From positions 4,567 to 68,566 of the forward strand of contig CAZBIC010000037.1 in assembly GCA_964491875.1 (NCBI GenBank): a DNA stretch of 64,000 nt, given 5' to 3'. This document shows, one piece after another, positions 27,810-37,262 of the stretch. Source of the stretch: an uncultured Bifidobacterium sp. (GTDB lineage Bacteria > Verrucomicrobiota > Verrucomicrobiia > Limisphaerales > JADJPG01). The translations under genes were made by a program, and so were the position numbers. The first letter of the stretch is position 1. Each line of letters opens with the position of its first letter. The notes under the pieces are model-generated. The model worked only from the letters and a program-made list of their open reading frames with translations. It was not told the DNA's origin and made no database searches.

Positions 27810-28834
27810 GATTCGCCGCCCCGGAGTTCCTCTACGCGCTGCCAGTCATCTGGGCTTTGCTCGGTTTCGGCATGTGGTTCAGCCGAAAGCGTCGGCGCGA
27901 GTTGCTCCAGCGTTTCGTTGGGAAGGACGCAGTCGGTACCGAGACAGGCCATTCGCCTGCTCGAAAGCGTTGGGACGCCGTCCTCGTCTTTGTCGCGTTC
28001 ACTGGACTGATGCTCGCCCTGGCGCGTCCGCTCTATTTCCAGTTCGATGAGCGGAACGAACTCAACGGCGCTCTGTATCTCATCGCGCTCGACGCCTCGC
28101 GTTCCATGCTTGCCGCGGACGTCCGCCCCACTCGCTACAGCGCTACGACCAACGCGCTGGATCGCTTCTTCGCCGAAACGAAAGGCGACCGCATCGGCAT
28201 CGTAACCTTTGCCGGCGTTGGTTATCTCAACGCGCCGCTCACCTTCGACACCACGGCGCTTCGGACGATCCTCAGCTACATCAATCCCTACACGTTGATC
28301 GATCCCGGCAGTTCCATCTCCTCCGCACTCGACCGCGCGGCGCGTTACTTCACGAGCAACAATCTTCCGCAACGCACGCTGATCGTGATTTCCGACGGCG
28401 AGGATCTGGACGGCAAAGCGCTCGGTCTCGCCCGGAAACTGCATCACGAACATGAGATTACAATTCACACGATTGGCGTGGGCACCGCCACGGGCGCCCG
28501 CATCCCGTCGCAACGCGGCGGTGCGATCACGAATGCGACCGGTTTCGCCGTAACGACCAAACTGGACGAGAACAACCTCCGCCGCATCGCCAACGCCGGC
28601 GGAGGACGCTATTACCGCCTTGGAGCCGATGGCGAGGGGCTGAGGGAACTACGCGCGGAAGTGCTCCGCCCACTGGCTGAAAAGGCAGCACGAAACGACA
28701 TGGAGAACTATCGGGAAGGATTCTTTGTCCCGCTGGCCCTTGCAATCGCCGCAATGCTGGCGAGATTAGTCCTCTGTGCCGACCGCGTGGTGCGGCGAAA
28801 GCCGTTGCCGGGCATTCTTCAAGCAAGCAAATGA
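27806..28834 (+). CDS. batB: BatB-like vWA-domain membrane protein
   Basis: vWA MIDAS motif (LYLIALDASRSM), TMs at both N- and C-termini and an ATGA overlap at each end. Confidence 0.8.
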   Translation: MRFAAPEFLYALPVIWALLGFGMWFSRKRRRELLQRFVGKDAVGTETGHSPARKRWDAVLVFVAFTGLMLALARPLYFQFDERNELNGALYLIALDASRSMLAADVRPTRYSATTNALDRFFAETKGDRIGIVTFAGVGYLNAPLTFDTTALRTILSYINPYTLIDPGSSISSALDRAARYFTSNNLPQRTLIVISDGEDLDGKALGLARKLHHEHEITIHTIGVGTATGARIPSQRGGAITNATGFAVTTKLDENNLRRIANAGGGRYYRLGADGEGLRELRAEVLRPLAEKAARNDMENYREGFFVPLALAIAAMLARLVLCADRVVRRKPLPGILQASK

Positions 28835-30399
28835 ATCTGGGTGCAGACATGAAATTGAAAGTGGTCACGGCCCTGTTTGTTTTGGTCGCTGCTACCTGCC
28901 GCGCCGGCCTCGACATCGCTCCGCTGCAGCAGCGGTTGAATCAAGGTCAGGCGCTGGAGGTTCGTGCAGAGTTCGAGCGTGCATTGACCAATGCCCCTAC
29001 GAACCCCCACCTGCTCTACAATCGCGCGATCGCCTCGTACGCCGCGGGGCTTTACGAAGAAGCGTTGCTCGATCTCGATTTGGTGGAAAGCGCGCGGCCG
29101 CGTTCGCTGGCAAACAAAGCGCGCTTTCAGAAAGGCAATGCGGAGTTTCGCCTCGGACTGAACACAAGCACCAACGATATCGAGGCGACCATTTCGCGGT
29201 GGAAACAGTCCGTCTCCAGCTACGACTCCGTCCTGAAAGTGCAGCCTGACCACGCGGACGCGAAGAAGAACCACGACACCGTTCGCAAACTCCTGATCGA
29301 TCTCGAGAAGAAGACCGCGCAGCAAAATCTCGAACGCGGCCAGCAGAGGAATCAGCCTGCCGAGAAACGCATCCAGCAACTCCGGAGCGCGATGGAACAG
29401 TTCCACGACGTGACGGAGATGGCTCCTTCCGATCAGGAAGCCAAGGATGGCGAGCAGAAGGCGAAGGATTTGCTCGCTCAGGTGCTGGACGAAGAAGGCA
29501 CGCGCAAGACCATGGCAAACCAGATGGTGATGCCGGCGCCGAACGAGCCCATGATCATGCGTCCCGACGTGAAGCAGGTGCAGGAAGGCGTGAACATGCT
29601 GGAGGACGCGCACGCGTTGAAGCCCGAGGACAAGCAGATCGAACAGCATCTGGATCAAGGACGTGAACGCCTCGCCAACGCACTCACCATGCAGGCGCAG
29701 ATGTACATGGCCATCGAGCCGCGCATTCCCCGCGTGGATGACAAGCTCGGCATCCTCCGCATGGCGATGGAACAAGTGGAGAAGGCGCTCGAACAGAAAC
29801 CGAATCACCAGCAGGCCCAGCAGACGCTCGAACAAATCAAACAACGGCTGGCGCAGCTTCATGAACAACAGGGCGACCAACTCGCGCAGCAGTCCGAGAA
29901 CGCGCCGCTCGAACAGCAAGCGCAGAATCTCAGCACGGCGCTCGATCATTTTCAACAGGCCAGCGCTCTCCAGCCACAGCAGCAGCAACTGCCGCAGAAG
30001 GCTCAGCAGACGCAGGAGAAGTTGGAACAGGCGCTCGAGCAACTCGGCGACAAATTGATGAAGAGCCCGAAGGACGGCGAATCGCTGGACGAACAAGCGA
30101 TGCGCTTGCAGGGCGCGGAACAGGCGCTCAACGAACTTCAGTCACTGAAGCCCTCACAAAAGACGGCGAAGAAGGCGCAGCAAGTCGGCGAAGAACTGGC
30201 CGAAGTCCGGCGTCAACTGGGCGAGAAGGGTCAGCCAGAGATGCCGCAACCCGGCGGTCCCGGGCAGCCGCCGATACCGACGCAGCCGCAGAACGATCCG
30301 CAGGCCATGCCGATGGATTCTCCGCCGAAGCTCGACACGCCGGGCGTCAAGGGCCCGTACCAATCGCCCGCGATGAATCGCAATCTGCGCGATTACTAA
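28831..30399 (+). CDS. BatC-like TPR protein with long Q/E-rich helical tail
   Basis: Signal peptide (VVTALFVLVAATCRA), TPR-like helices (LLYNRAIASYAAGLYEEALLDLD) and then ~350 aa of a Q/E/K-rich low-complexity helix. Confidence 0.65.
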   Translation: MNLGADMKLKVVTALFVLVAATCRAGLDIAPLQQRLNQGQALEVRAEFERALTNAPTNPHLLYNRAIASYAAGLYEEALLDLDLVESARPRSLANKARFQKGNAEFRLGLNTSTNDIEATISRWKQSVSSYDSVLKVQPDHADAKKNHDTVRKLLIDLEKKTAQQNLERGQQRNQPAEKRIQQLRSAMEQFHDVTEMAPSDQEAKDGEQKAKDLLAQVLDEEGTRKTMANQMVMPAPNEPMIMRPDVKQVQEGVNMLEDAHALKPEDKQIEQHLDQGRERLANALTMQAQMYMAIEPRIPRVDDKLGILRMAMEQVEKALEQKPNHQQAQQTLEQIKQRLAQLHEQQGDQLAQQSENAPLEQQAQNLSTALDHFQQASALQPQQQQLPQKAQQTQEKLEQALEQLGDKLMKSPKDGESLDEQAMRLQGAEQALNELQSLKPSQKTAKKAQQVGEELAEVRRQLGEKGQPEMPQPGGPGQPPIPTQPQNDPQAMPMDSPPKLDTPGVKGPYQSPAMNRNLRDY

Positions 30400-30448
30400 A
30401 TCCGCAGCGGGCTTTACCGCGGACGAAACAGACCGCACTCTGTTCTCC

Positions 30449-31504
30449 ATGTCCGACGCACCTTCCGAGAAGCCCAAACGTCGTCCGCGCTACCGCGGCA
30501 CGCACCCGCGGCAGTTCCACGAGAAATACAAGGAGCTTAACCCGCAGCGCTACTCCGACGACGTCGCGAAGATTCTGGCATCAGGAAAAACCCCGGCCGG
30601 AATGCATCGCTCAATCATGGTGCAGGAGATCTTGGAAGTGCTCGCGCCCAAGCCCGGAGAGATCGCCGTCGACGCGACGCTTGGCTACGGGGGGCATTCC
30701 GCGGAATTGCTCAAGGCGGTCCTGCCCGGTGGAAAACTCATCGCGCTCGACATCGATCCGATCGAACTGCCGAAGACGGAAGCGCGCCTGCGCGGGATGA
30801 ACTTTCCGCCGGAGTCCCTGCTGATTCGCCGGAGCAACTTCGCCGGACTCGCGAAAGTTCTCACCGCCGAAGGCGTCCCGGGCGCGGATGTTATTCTTGC
30901 CGATCTGGGTCTGTCCTCGATGCAGATCGACGATCCGACGCGGGGATTCACCTTCAAACGACCTGGGCCGCTGGACCTCCGCATGAACCCGCAACGCGGA
31001 CAGCCGGCATCAACTTTTCTGCGATCGCTCAAAGCCCCCGAGCTGGCGCAATTACTCGAAGCCAACGCGGATGAGCCTTACGCGCAGACGATCGCGCGAG
31101 CAATTGTGGAGCATCAGCAACGCACGCCCATCGCCACCACGACGCAGCTGGCCGATCTCGTGACGAACACTCTGCGCGCGCAGCCGAATGCTCACGGTAA
31201 ACAGGATTTTGACTTGTCCGTCCGGCGCGTCTTCCAAGCCCTTCGTATCGCTGTGAACGACGAGTTCGGTGCGCTCGATACATTCCTGCGTCTGCTGCCC
31301 AACTGCCTGAAGCCCGGCGGACGCGTGGCGATCCTCACCTTTCATTCCGGCGAAGATCGTCGCGTGAAACAGGCGTTCAAGGACGGCGCGCGCGCTGGCA
31401 GCTATTCCAGCATCGCCGACGAAGTGATCCGCCCTAGCTCCTCCGAGCTCCGGGATAACCCTCGTTCCGGCCCCGCCAAGCTCCGTTGGGCTGTCCGAAG
31501 TTGA
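30449..31504 (+). CDS. rsmH: 16S rRNA (cytosine1402-N4)-methyltransferase RsmH
   Basis: HRSIMVQEILEVL, VDATLGYGGHS and DLGLSSMQIDDPTRGFTF are canonical MraW/RsmH motifs. Confidence 0.9.
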   Translation: MSDAPSEKPKRRPRYRGTHPRQFHEKYKELNPQRYSDDVAKILASGKTPAGMHRSIMVQEILEVLAPKPGEIAVDATLGYGGHSAELLKAVLPGGKLIALDIDPIELPKTEARLRGMNFPPESLLIRRSNFAGLAKVLTAEGVPGADVILADLGLSSMQIDDPTRGFTFKRPGPLDLRMNPQRGQPASTFLRSLKAPELAQLLEANADEPYAQTIARAIVEHQQRTPIATTTQLADLVTNTLRAQPNAHGKQDFDLSVRRVFQALRIAVNDEFGALDTFLRLLPNCLKPGGRVAILTFHSGEDRRVKQAFKDGARAGSYSSIADEVIRPSSSELRDNPRSGPAKLRWAVRS

Positions 31505-31552
31505 GTTTTGTTTGCAATTAAAACGATTCCCGGCAATCTCTGCCGCCAGAAC

Positions 31553-32542
31553 ATGATGTCTGATCCAGATTCAACCCCTTCTGGCGCACCCTCCCAAGGT
31601 CCGTCCTCCGCTCGTCGTCGTCGGTCCCGCGGCGGACGTGGTCGTGGACGCGGTGCTCGCCGAGGGCCACGCCCAAACCCCACCGGTGAAGCGCCTGCCA
31701 ACGCGGCTGCTCCCGACAACGAAAACGAAGATCTTTCTCCCGAATCCGCTGTTGACGCTCCCGAAAACGGGTCTCCGTCCAACGAAGCTGATTCGGATAA
31801 TGATTCTGATACCGTGCAGCAGCCGGACGAGGAACGTTACTTCTCCGACTCGCCTGATTCCGGAGAGCAGCCTGCCGAACCAGCCGACGCCGCTTCCCGC
31901 GAGCCAGAGCAACGGCCTGAGCCGCCGCGCGAAGAACGTCATGCGCCGCCTCCGCCGCAACGCCCGTTTCACCCCGCCCAACCCGCGACCATCCGCAAGG
32001 CCGTCGATGAGGTGATGGATATCATCCGTTCACTGCGCGAATCGCTCGATCAACTCGACGAATTGCTCGAACTGCTCGAAGAAGCTGAACGCCAGAAGAC
32101 GGCAGACGAACGCGAAATCGAGGCCCTCCATCAGCAGTTGCGCCGGTTTCAGCGTCCCGTGGATGAAATCCCCCGCCAGCGTCCGCCTCAGCAGCCGCTG
32201 CAGCCCCAGCATGGCGGTCAACGCGACCAGCGCCGGGACCAGCGGGACAACAGGGATAACCGCGACAATCGTGACCAACGCAATCCGCAGCGCGACCGCG
32301 GTCCGCGGGATCAACGTGATCAACGAGGCCCTCGCGACCGCCGCGACCAGCGCGATCAACGCGGCCCGCGTCCTGACGCGCCGCAAGGCCAGGTTCCAGC
32401 GGCGGCTTCGAATCCCGCTCCCGCTCCGGACATTGAACCTCGGGCCGAATCTACCGCTTCGGCGCCACCGGCACCGACTTCTCCTTCTGCGGAACCCTTG
32501 CCACCCACGGCTCATGGAAGCGACATCGGGGGTCCGAGCTGA
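31553..32542 (+). CDS. Intrinsically disordered R/D/Q/P-rich protein with a central coiled-coil (hypothetical; start uncertain)
   Basis: Continuous ORF. It has an acidic/Pro-rich N-half, one clean amphipathic helix (VMDIIRSLRESLDQLDELLELLEEAERQ), then RDQ/RDN-type repeats. No family recognised. Confidence 0.45.
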   Translation: MMSDPDSTPSGAPSQGPSSARRRRSRGGRGRGRGARRGPRPNPTGEAPANAAAPDNENEDLSPESAVDAPENGSPSNEADSDNDSDTVQQPDEERYFSDSPDSGEQPAEPADAASREPEQRPEPPREERHAPPPPQRPFHPAQPATIRKAVDEVMDIIRSLRESLDQLDELLELLEEAERQKTADEREIEALHQQLRRFQRPVDEIPRQRPPQQPLQPQHGGQRDQRRDQRDNRDNRDNRDQRNPQRDRGPRDQRDQRGPRDRRDQRDQRGPRPDAPQGQVPAAASNPAPAPDIEPRAESTASAPPAPTSPSAEPLPPTAHGSDIGGPS

Positions 32543-32903
32543 TCGCTGGCTCTGGGCGGTCCGACTCTACAAAACCCGCAGCCTGGCAGGAGCTGCCTGC
32601 GATGCGGGCCACGTGAAGATCAACGGTCACCCTTGCAAACCGGCGCGGACTGTCCGCGTCGGCGATGTCCTTACGGCATTGACGGGCGACATCCACCGGA
32701 CCGTCAAGGTCACTGGCGTGCTCGAGAACCGGATTGGCGCGAAGCTCGTCGCCAAATACCTCGAGGACCTCACCCCGGCTTCGGAATACGAAAAGCCGCG
32801 GGAGAAACAGTTCGCTCCTATCGGGCTTCGCGCAAAAGGCGCCGGCCGGCCGACCAAGAAAGATCGAAGAATGCTCGGCAGCTTCTTCGGCCTTGAAGAA
32901 TAG
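32514..32903 (+). CDS. S4-domain RNA-binding protein (heat-shock protein 15 / HslR-like)
   Basis: RADRWLWAVRLYKTRSLAGAACDAGHVKINGHPCKPARTVRVGD is an S4 fold. The start is at MEATSG, overlapping the preceding ORF by 29 nt. Confidence 0.75.
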   Translation: MEATSGVRADRWLWAVRLYKTRSLAGAACDAGHVKINGHPCKPARTVRVGDVLTALTGDIHRTVKVTGVLENRIGAKLVAKYLEDLTPASEYEKPREKQFAPIGLRAKGAGRPTKKDRRMLGSFFGLEE

Positions 32904-32920
32904 CGCGGTCCAGAATTCCA

Positions 32921-33661
32921 GTGTCCAGACCCAACCACATTGAACTCGGAGACGGGACCATCATCCCGATTCTCCACGAAGACCGATCCGTCATCGCGAT
33001 CGACAAGCCGCCCGGCTGGATGCTCGTTCCGCATTCGTGGCAGAAGACGAACCGAAATCTTCAGGCCGCCATCGTTTCCTCCATTGGCGCCGGGAATTTC
33101 TGGGCGCGTTCGCGGAGCCTGAAATTCCTCCGCTACGTTCACCGGCTGGATGCGGAAACCAGCGGCGTGTTGCTCTTCGCCCGCAGCTACGGCGCGGTCG
33201 AGACCTTCAGCCGCCTGTTCGAATCCCGCCAGATGGCCAAGGCCTACCTCGTCGTCGCCCACGGCGTTCCGCGCGAGGACGAATGGATTTGCGAGGAGCC
33301 GATCGGCCAGGACACGCGGCGGATTGGGCGGATGAAAATCGACCGACTCGAAGGCAAGCCCGCTGAAACTCGTTTTCGTGTGCTCGAACGCGGCACCAAA
33401 ACCTGCCTGCTCGAAGCACAGCCCATCACTGGTCGCACCCACCAGATTCGCGTTCACCTGCTCGCCACCGGTCACCCGGTCGTCGGCGACGATCTCTACG
33501 GTCCGGGCGCCAGGGCCGCCGCGCGCGACCGGGCCAGTCTCGGCCTGCGCTCCATCTTTCTCGGCTACAAAGATCCCTTCACGCAAAAGACGGTGCGCAT
33601 TGAGGCACCTGCTGGAGATTTCGTGAAGGAGTTCGGCTTCTCGCCACCACCGGCGAACTAG
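32921..33661 (+). CDS. RluA-family pseudouridine synthase
   Basis: Catalytic motif HRLDAETSGVLLFARS and the downstream TGRTHQIRVHL. Confidence 0.88.
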   Translation: MSRPNHIELGDGTIIPILHEDRSVIAIDKPPGWMLVPHSWQKTNRNLQAAIVSSIGAGNFWARSRSLKFLRYVHRLDAETSGVLLFARSYGAVETFSRLFESRQMAKAYLVVAHGVPREDEWICEEPIGQDTRRIGRMKIDRLEGKPAETRFRVLERGTKTCLLEAQPITGRTHQIRVHLLATGHPVVGDDLYGPGARAAARDRASLGLRSIFLGYKDPFTQKTVRIEAPAGDFVKEFGFSPPPAN

Positions 33662-33702
33662 CCGCGTTTGCATTCCGTAGTGCGCGTCTCCACACTCTCC
33701 GC

Positions 33703-34755
33703 GTGTCGTCCCTGCCGTTCGCCTACGTCCGCGGCGCGATTCATCTTCCCGAACTCGCGCTCTGGCTGGATGCCCACGAAGCCCGTCCTCACGGCGAACG
33801 CGTCTTCGTCAGCCACGCCCATTCCGATCACACCGCCTCGCACCGCGAAATCATCGCCACCGAAGCCACGCGGCGCCTGATGCAAACCCGCCTCGGCGGC
33901 AAACGCGTCGAACACATCCTGCCGTTCGGTGAAACGCGCGCCTTCGACGAACCAAGATCGCGTTACGAGATTACCCTGCTGCCCGCCGGTCACATTCTTG
34001 GCAGCGCCATGTCCCTCGTGAAATGGCACGCCGGTTCCCTGCTCTACACCGGAGACTTCAAACTCCGGCCCGGACTGTCCGCGGAAGTCTGTGATCCCAC
34101 GCTCGCGCACGACTGCGACTGGTTGATCATGGAAACCACCTTCGGCCGGCCGCAGTATTCGTTTCCGCCGTCCACCGAAACGCGGCGCGACATCGTGCAA
34201 TTCTGCCGCGAGACGCTCGCCGCGGGTGACACCGCGGTGTTGCTCGGTTATTCCCTCGGACGCGCGCAGGAGCTGCTTCGAACGTTGAGCGATGCGAATC
34301 TGCCCATCGTCGTCCACCGCACCGTCCAGCAAATGACACGAACCTACCAGGAACTGGGCTGGGAATTTCCCGCCCACGAACTGCTGACGGACGACGCCAT
34401 CGAACGAAAGGTTGTCATCTGTCCCTCGAACGGACTCAAGACCGTGCGCCCACGAATCGTGGGCAACGCCCGCATCGCCGTCATCACCGGCTGGGCCATG
34501 GATCGCAACTGTCGCTTCCGGTACCAGGCCGAAGCTGCGTTCCCACTGAGCGACCACGCGGATCATCCTGAGCTGATCGAATTCGTCCGCCGCGTGAATC
34601 CCAAGCAGGTGTTCACCGTGCACGGATTCGCTTCGGAGTTTGCGCAAACCCTCCGCGACCTTGGCTACGATGCGCGCGCGTTAAGCGAGAACGATCAGCT
34701 CCAGTTTGCTCTCGGCGATCGCAGCCACCAGCTAGGACTGGACGACCGGCGCTGA
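33703..34755 (+). CDS. MBL-fold / beta-CASP-type exonuclease (ligase-associated DNA-damage-response exonuclease-like)
   Basis: HxHxDH (VSHAHSDHT) and a C-terminal beta-CASP-like motif (PLSDHADHPELIEFVRRVNPKQVFTVHG). About 350 aa. Confidence 0.65.
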   Translation: MSSLPFAYVRGAIHLPELALWLDAHEARPHGERVFVSHAHSDHTASHREIIATEATRRLMQTRLGGKRVEHILPFGETRAFDEPRSRYEITLLPAGHILGSAMSLVKWHAGSLLYTGDFKLRPGLSAEVCDPTLAHDCDWLIMETTFGRPQYSFPPSTETRRDIVQFCRETLAAGDTAVLLGYSLGRAQELLRTLSDANLPIVVHRTVQQMTRTYQELGWEFPAHELLTDDAIERKVVICPSNGLKTVRPRIVGNARIAVITGWAMDRNCRFRYQAEAAFPLSDHADHPELIEFVRRVNPKQVFTVHGFASEFAQTLRDLGYDARALSENDQLQFALGDRSHQLGLDDRR

Positions 34756-34791
34756 AGTGGAGTTTGATTCGCCCATCAATCCATTCATCGC

Positions 34792-35787
34792 ATGAACCGC
34801 CTTTTAATCTTCAGTCTCCTGCGCCACCTCGCGTGTCTCTTCGCAGTCACTACTTCCATCCATGCCGCGGAGGAAAACCCCACCTTTGCGGAACGCCTCG
34901 GCTGGAAGGCAGGTCAAGTCGTCGTCATTCTTCACGTGGACGACGTCGGCATGTCGCGTCCGTCGAATCTCGGCGCCATCGAATCCGTGGAGCAAGGCGT
35001 CGCCACCTCGTGGGCCGTCATGATGCCCTGCCCTTGGGTGCCAGATATCGGGCACTACCTGAAGAAACATCCGGAGATCGACAGCGGCCTGCATCTCACG
35101 CTGACCTCGGAATGGGCGCCCTATCGCTGGGGGCCAGTCGCCGGCAAGTCGCGCGTGCCCGGACTAGTCGACCCGGAAGGCTGCCTCTGGCGCAATGTCG
35201 CTGGCGTCATCGCCAAAGGCACTGCGGACGAAATTGAAATCGAGATTCGCGCGCAGATCGATCGAGCGCAAACCATGGGCCTTCCGATCACACATCTCGA
35301 TTCCCACATGGGAACGTTGTTCGCGCGGGCCGACTACTTCGAACGCTTCGCGAAGGTCGGAATCGAGTTCAAGATTCCCATTCTCGCCATCGGCGGCCAC
35401 GCCACGTATGCCAAACAGGAGAACGGTGACGGCCTGAAAAAGCTGGGCGCCTGGATTCCGAAGATTTGGAACTCCGGCCTCCCGGTGCTGGACGATCTGC
35501 ACACTGGTTCCTACGGCTGGAAGGCCGACGAAAAGCCAGAACGGTTGCTGGCGCTGCTCAAGGATTTGAAACCGGGCGTCACCGAGATCCTGTTCCATGC
35601 GTCGCGGCCCACTGAAGACTTCCCCATCATCACCGGCTCCAGCGAATCGCGGTTCGGCGATCTGAAAGCCCTGACCGATCCCCGGGTGAAGACTTTGATT
35701 CAGCAAAAAGGAATCGTTCTCACAACGTGGAAGGAATTGATGGCACGCCGTCAGAAAGCCGCTCCGATGGCTGACACCGCCCGCTGA
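34792..35787 (+). CDS. YdjC/ChbG-family carbohydrate deacetylase, secreted
   Basis: Signal peptide, then LHVDDVGMSRPSNLGAIE, GLHLTLTSEW and THLDSHMG (YdjC metal and His motifs). Confidence 0.7.
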   Translation: MNRLLIFSLLRHLACLFAVTTSIHAAEENPTFAERLGWKAGQVVVILHVDDVGMSRPSNLGAIESVEQGVATSWAVMMPCPWVPDIGHYLKKHPEIDSGLHLTLTSEWAPYRWGPVAGKSRVPGLVDPEGCLWRNVAGVIAKGTADEIEIEIRAQIDRAQTMGLPITHLDSHMGTLFARADYFERFAKVGIEFKIPILAIGGHATYAKQENGDGLKKLGAWIPKIWNSGLPVLDDLHTGSYGWKADEKPERLLALLKDLKPGVTEILFHASRPTEDFPIITGSSESRFGDLKALTDPRVKTLIQQKGIVLTTWKELMARRQKAAPMADTAR

Positions 35788-35957
35788 GCGCAAAACAAAA
35801 CGGCCCGCGAATGTGCCGAGCGCTGTGAGGTTGATTGCCAGTTCAGGCAGTCTGCATGTCGACTGCCTGCGGTGATCGTTGCGTTCTTCCGCCGCCGTTC
35901 AACTTCCAAAAAGAAATTGTCGTTAAAGCTGATTGTCGGCAATCTACGCGCTCATTT

Positions 35958-37262
35958 ATGCGGCAAGTGAACTTGGGAATCATCGGTGGCGGCACGGTCG
36001 GCGGCGGCGTTTATCAAGCCGTCGGTCGCAATGGCGCCCTGATGGCCTCACGCCTGGGCATCGGCCTGCGCGTGGTGGGCATGGCGGTGCGCGATCTGAA
36101 GAAAAAACGCGCCGTCGCAATTCCCCGCAGCATCCTCACCACTGATTGGGCCGCCGTCGTCAATAATCCCAAGGTCGACCTCGTCGTCGAATTGATGGGC
36201 GGCACCACCATCGCGCGGCAAGTGGTGCTCGCGGCGCTTCGGCTTGGCAAGCCGGTGGTCACCGCCAACAAAGCCCTGCTCTCCGCGCACGGCGAGGAAC
36301 TCTTCGAGGCCGCGCAACGTCATGGCACGAATCTTTACTACGAGGCGAGCGTCGCCGGTGGTATTCCGATCATCAAAGTCCTGCGTGAAGGCTTGATCGG
36401 TAACCGCATCACCCGCCTGTACGGAATCGTCAACGGCACCTGCAATTATATCCTCACGCGCATGAAGCAGGAAGGCGCGGACTTTGCGGATGTGCTCGCG
36501 GACGCCCAGCGACTTGGTTATGCCGAGACGCCGCCGGACCTCGACATCGACGGCCATGACGCCGCTCACAAAATCGGGATTCTCGCGTCGCTCGCGCACG
36601 GGTTTTGGGTGAATCCGAAGAAGATTTACGTCGAAGGCATCCGCGGTGTCAGCGCGCAGGACATCGCCATCGCCTCGCATCTCGGTTACACGATCAAACT
36701 CCTCGGCATCGTGAAACGCGCAGGCTCCGCACCGAGCATTCAGGTCTCCGTTTATCCTTCACTCGTCCCGAACTCGCACGTTCTCGCCAGCGTCAACGGA
36801 GTCTTCAATGCCGTCTACGTCCGCGGCGACGTTGTCGGCGACACGCTTTACTACGGACGCGGCGCCGGCCAGGACGCCACCGCCAGCGCCGTGCTCAGCG
36901 ATCTCGCGGACGCCGCGCTCGACTTGAAGTGCGGCACTCGCAGTCGCATTCCTCCTTTCGTCCCACACGAACGCGATGGCGATGTATCGCCGATTGCAGA
37001 AGTGTGCTGCCGCTATTATCTGCGCCTGAGTGTTGTTGACCGCCCTGGCACCCTCGCCAAGATCGCGGCGATTCTGGCCGAGGCGAAGATTGGTATTTCG
37101 TCCGTCGTCCAACCAGAGAATCGCGATGGCGACAGCGTGCCGCTGATTCTCATGACCCATGACGCGACCAACGCCGCGATGTCGAAGGCGCTGGCCAAGA
37201 TTGCGAAACTCAACGTCGTCAAAGCGGCGCCGGTGATGGTTCGCGTGGAAAATTTCGAATGA
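35958..37262 (+). CDS. hom: Homoserine dehydrogenase
   Basis: NAD-binding N-terminus (LGIIGGGTVGGGV), catalytic region (GIVNGTCNYILTRM...GYAETPPDLDIDGHDAAHK) and a C-terminal ACT domain. Confidence 0.9.
   Translation: MRQVNLGIIGGGTVGGGVYQAVGRNGALMASRLGIGLRVVGMAVRDLKKKRAVAIPRSILTTDWAAVVNNPKVDLVVELMGGTTIARQVVLAALRLGKPVVTANKALLSAHGEELFEAAQRHGTNLYYEASVAGGIPIIKVLREGLIGNRITRLYGIVNGTCNYILTRMKQEGADFADVLADAQRLGYAETPPDLDIDGHDAAHKIGILASLAHGFWVNPKKIYVEGIRGVSAQDIAIASHLGYTIKLLGIVKRAGSAPSIQVSVYPSLVPNSHVLASVNGVFNAVYVRGDVVGDTLYYGRGAGQDATASAVLSDLADAALDLKCGTRSRIPPFVPHERDGDVSPIAEVCCRYYLRLSVVDRPGTLAKIAAILAEAKIGISSVVQPENRDGDSVPLILMTHDATNAAMSKALAKIAKLNVVKAAPVMVRVENFE

Noticed and set aside
32200-32400. RDQ/RDN codon-level repeats as a microsatellite or a CRISPR-like array.
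   Set aside because: The repeats are imperfect at the DNA level, have variable length and lie inside a continuous ORF. They are better described as a low-complexity protein region.
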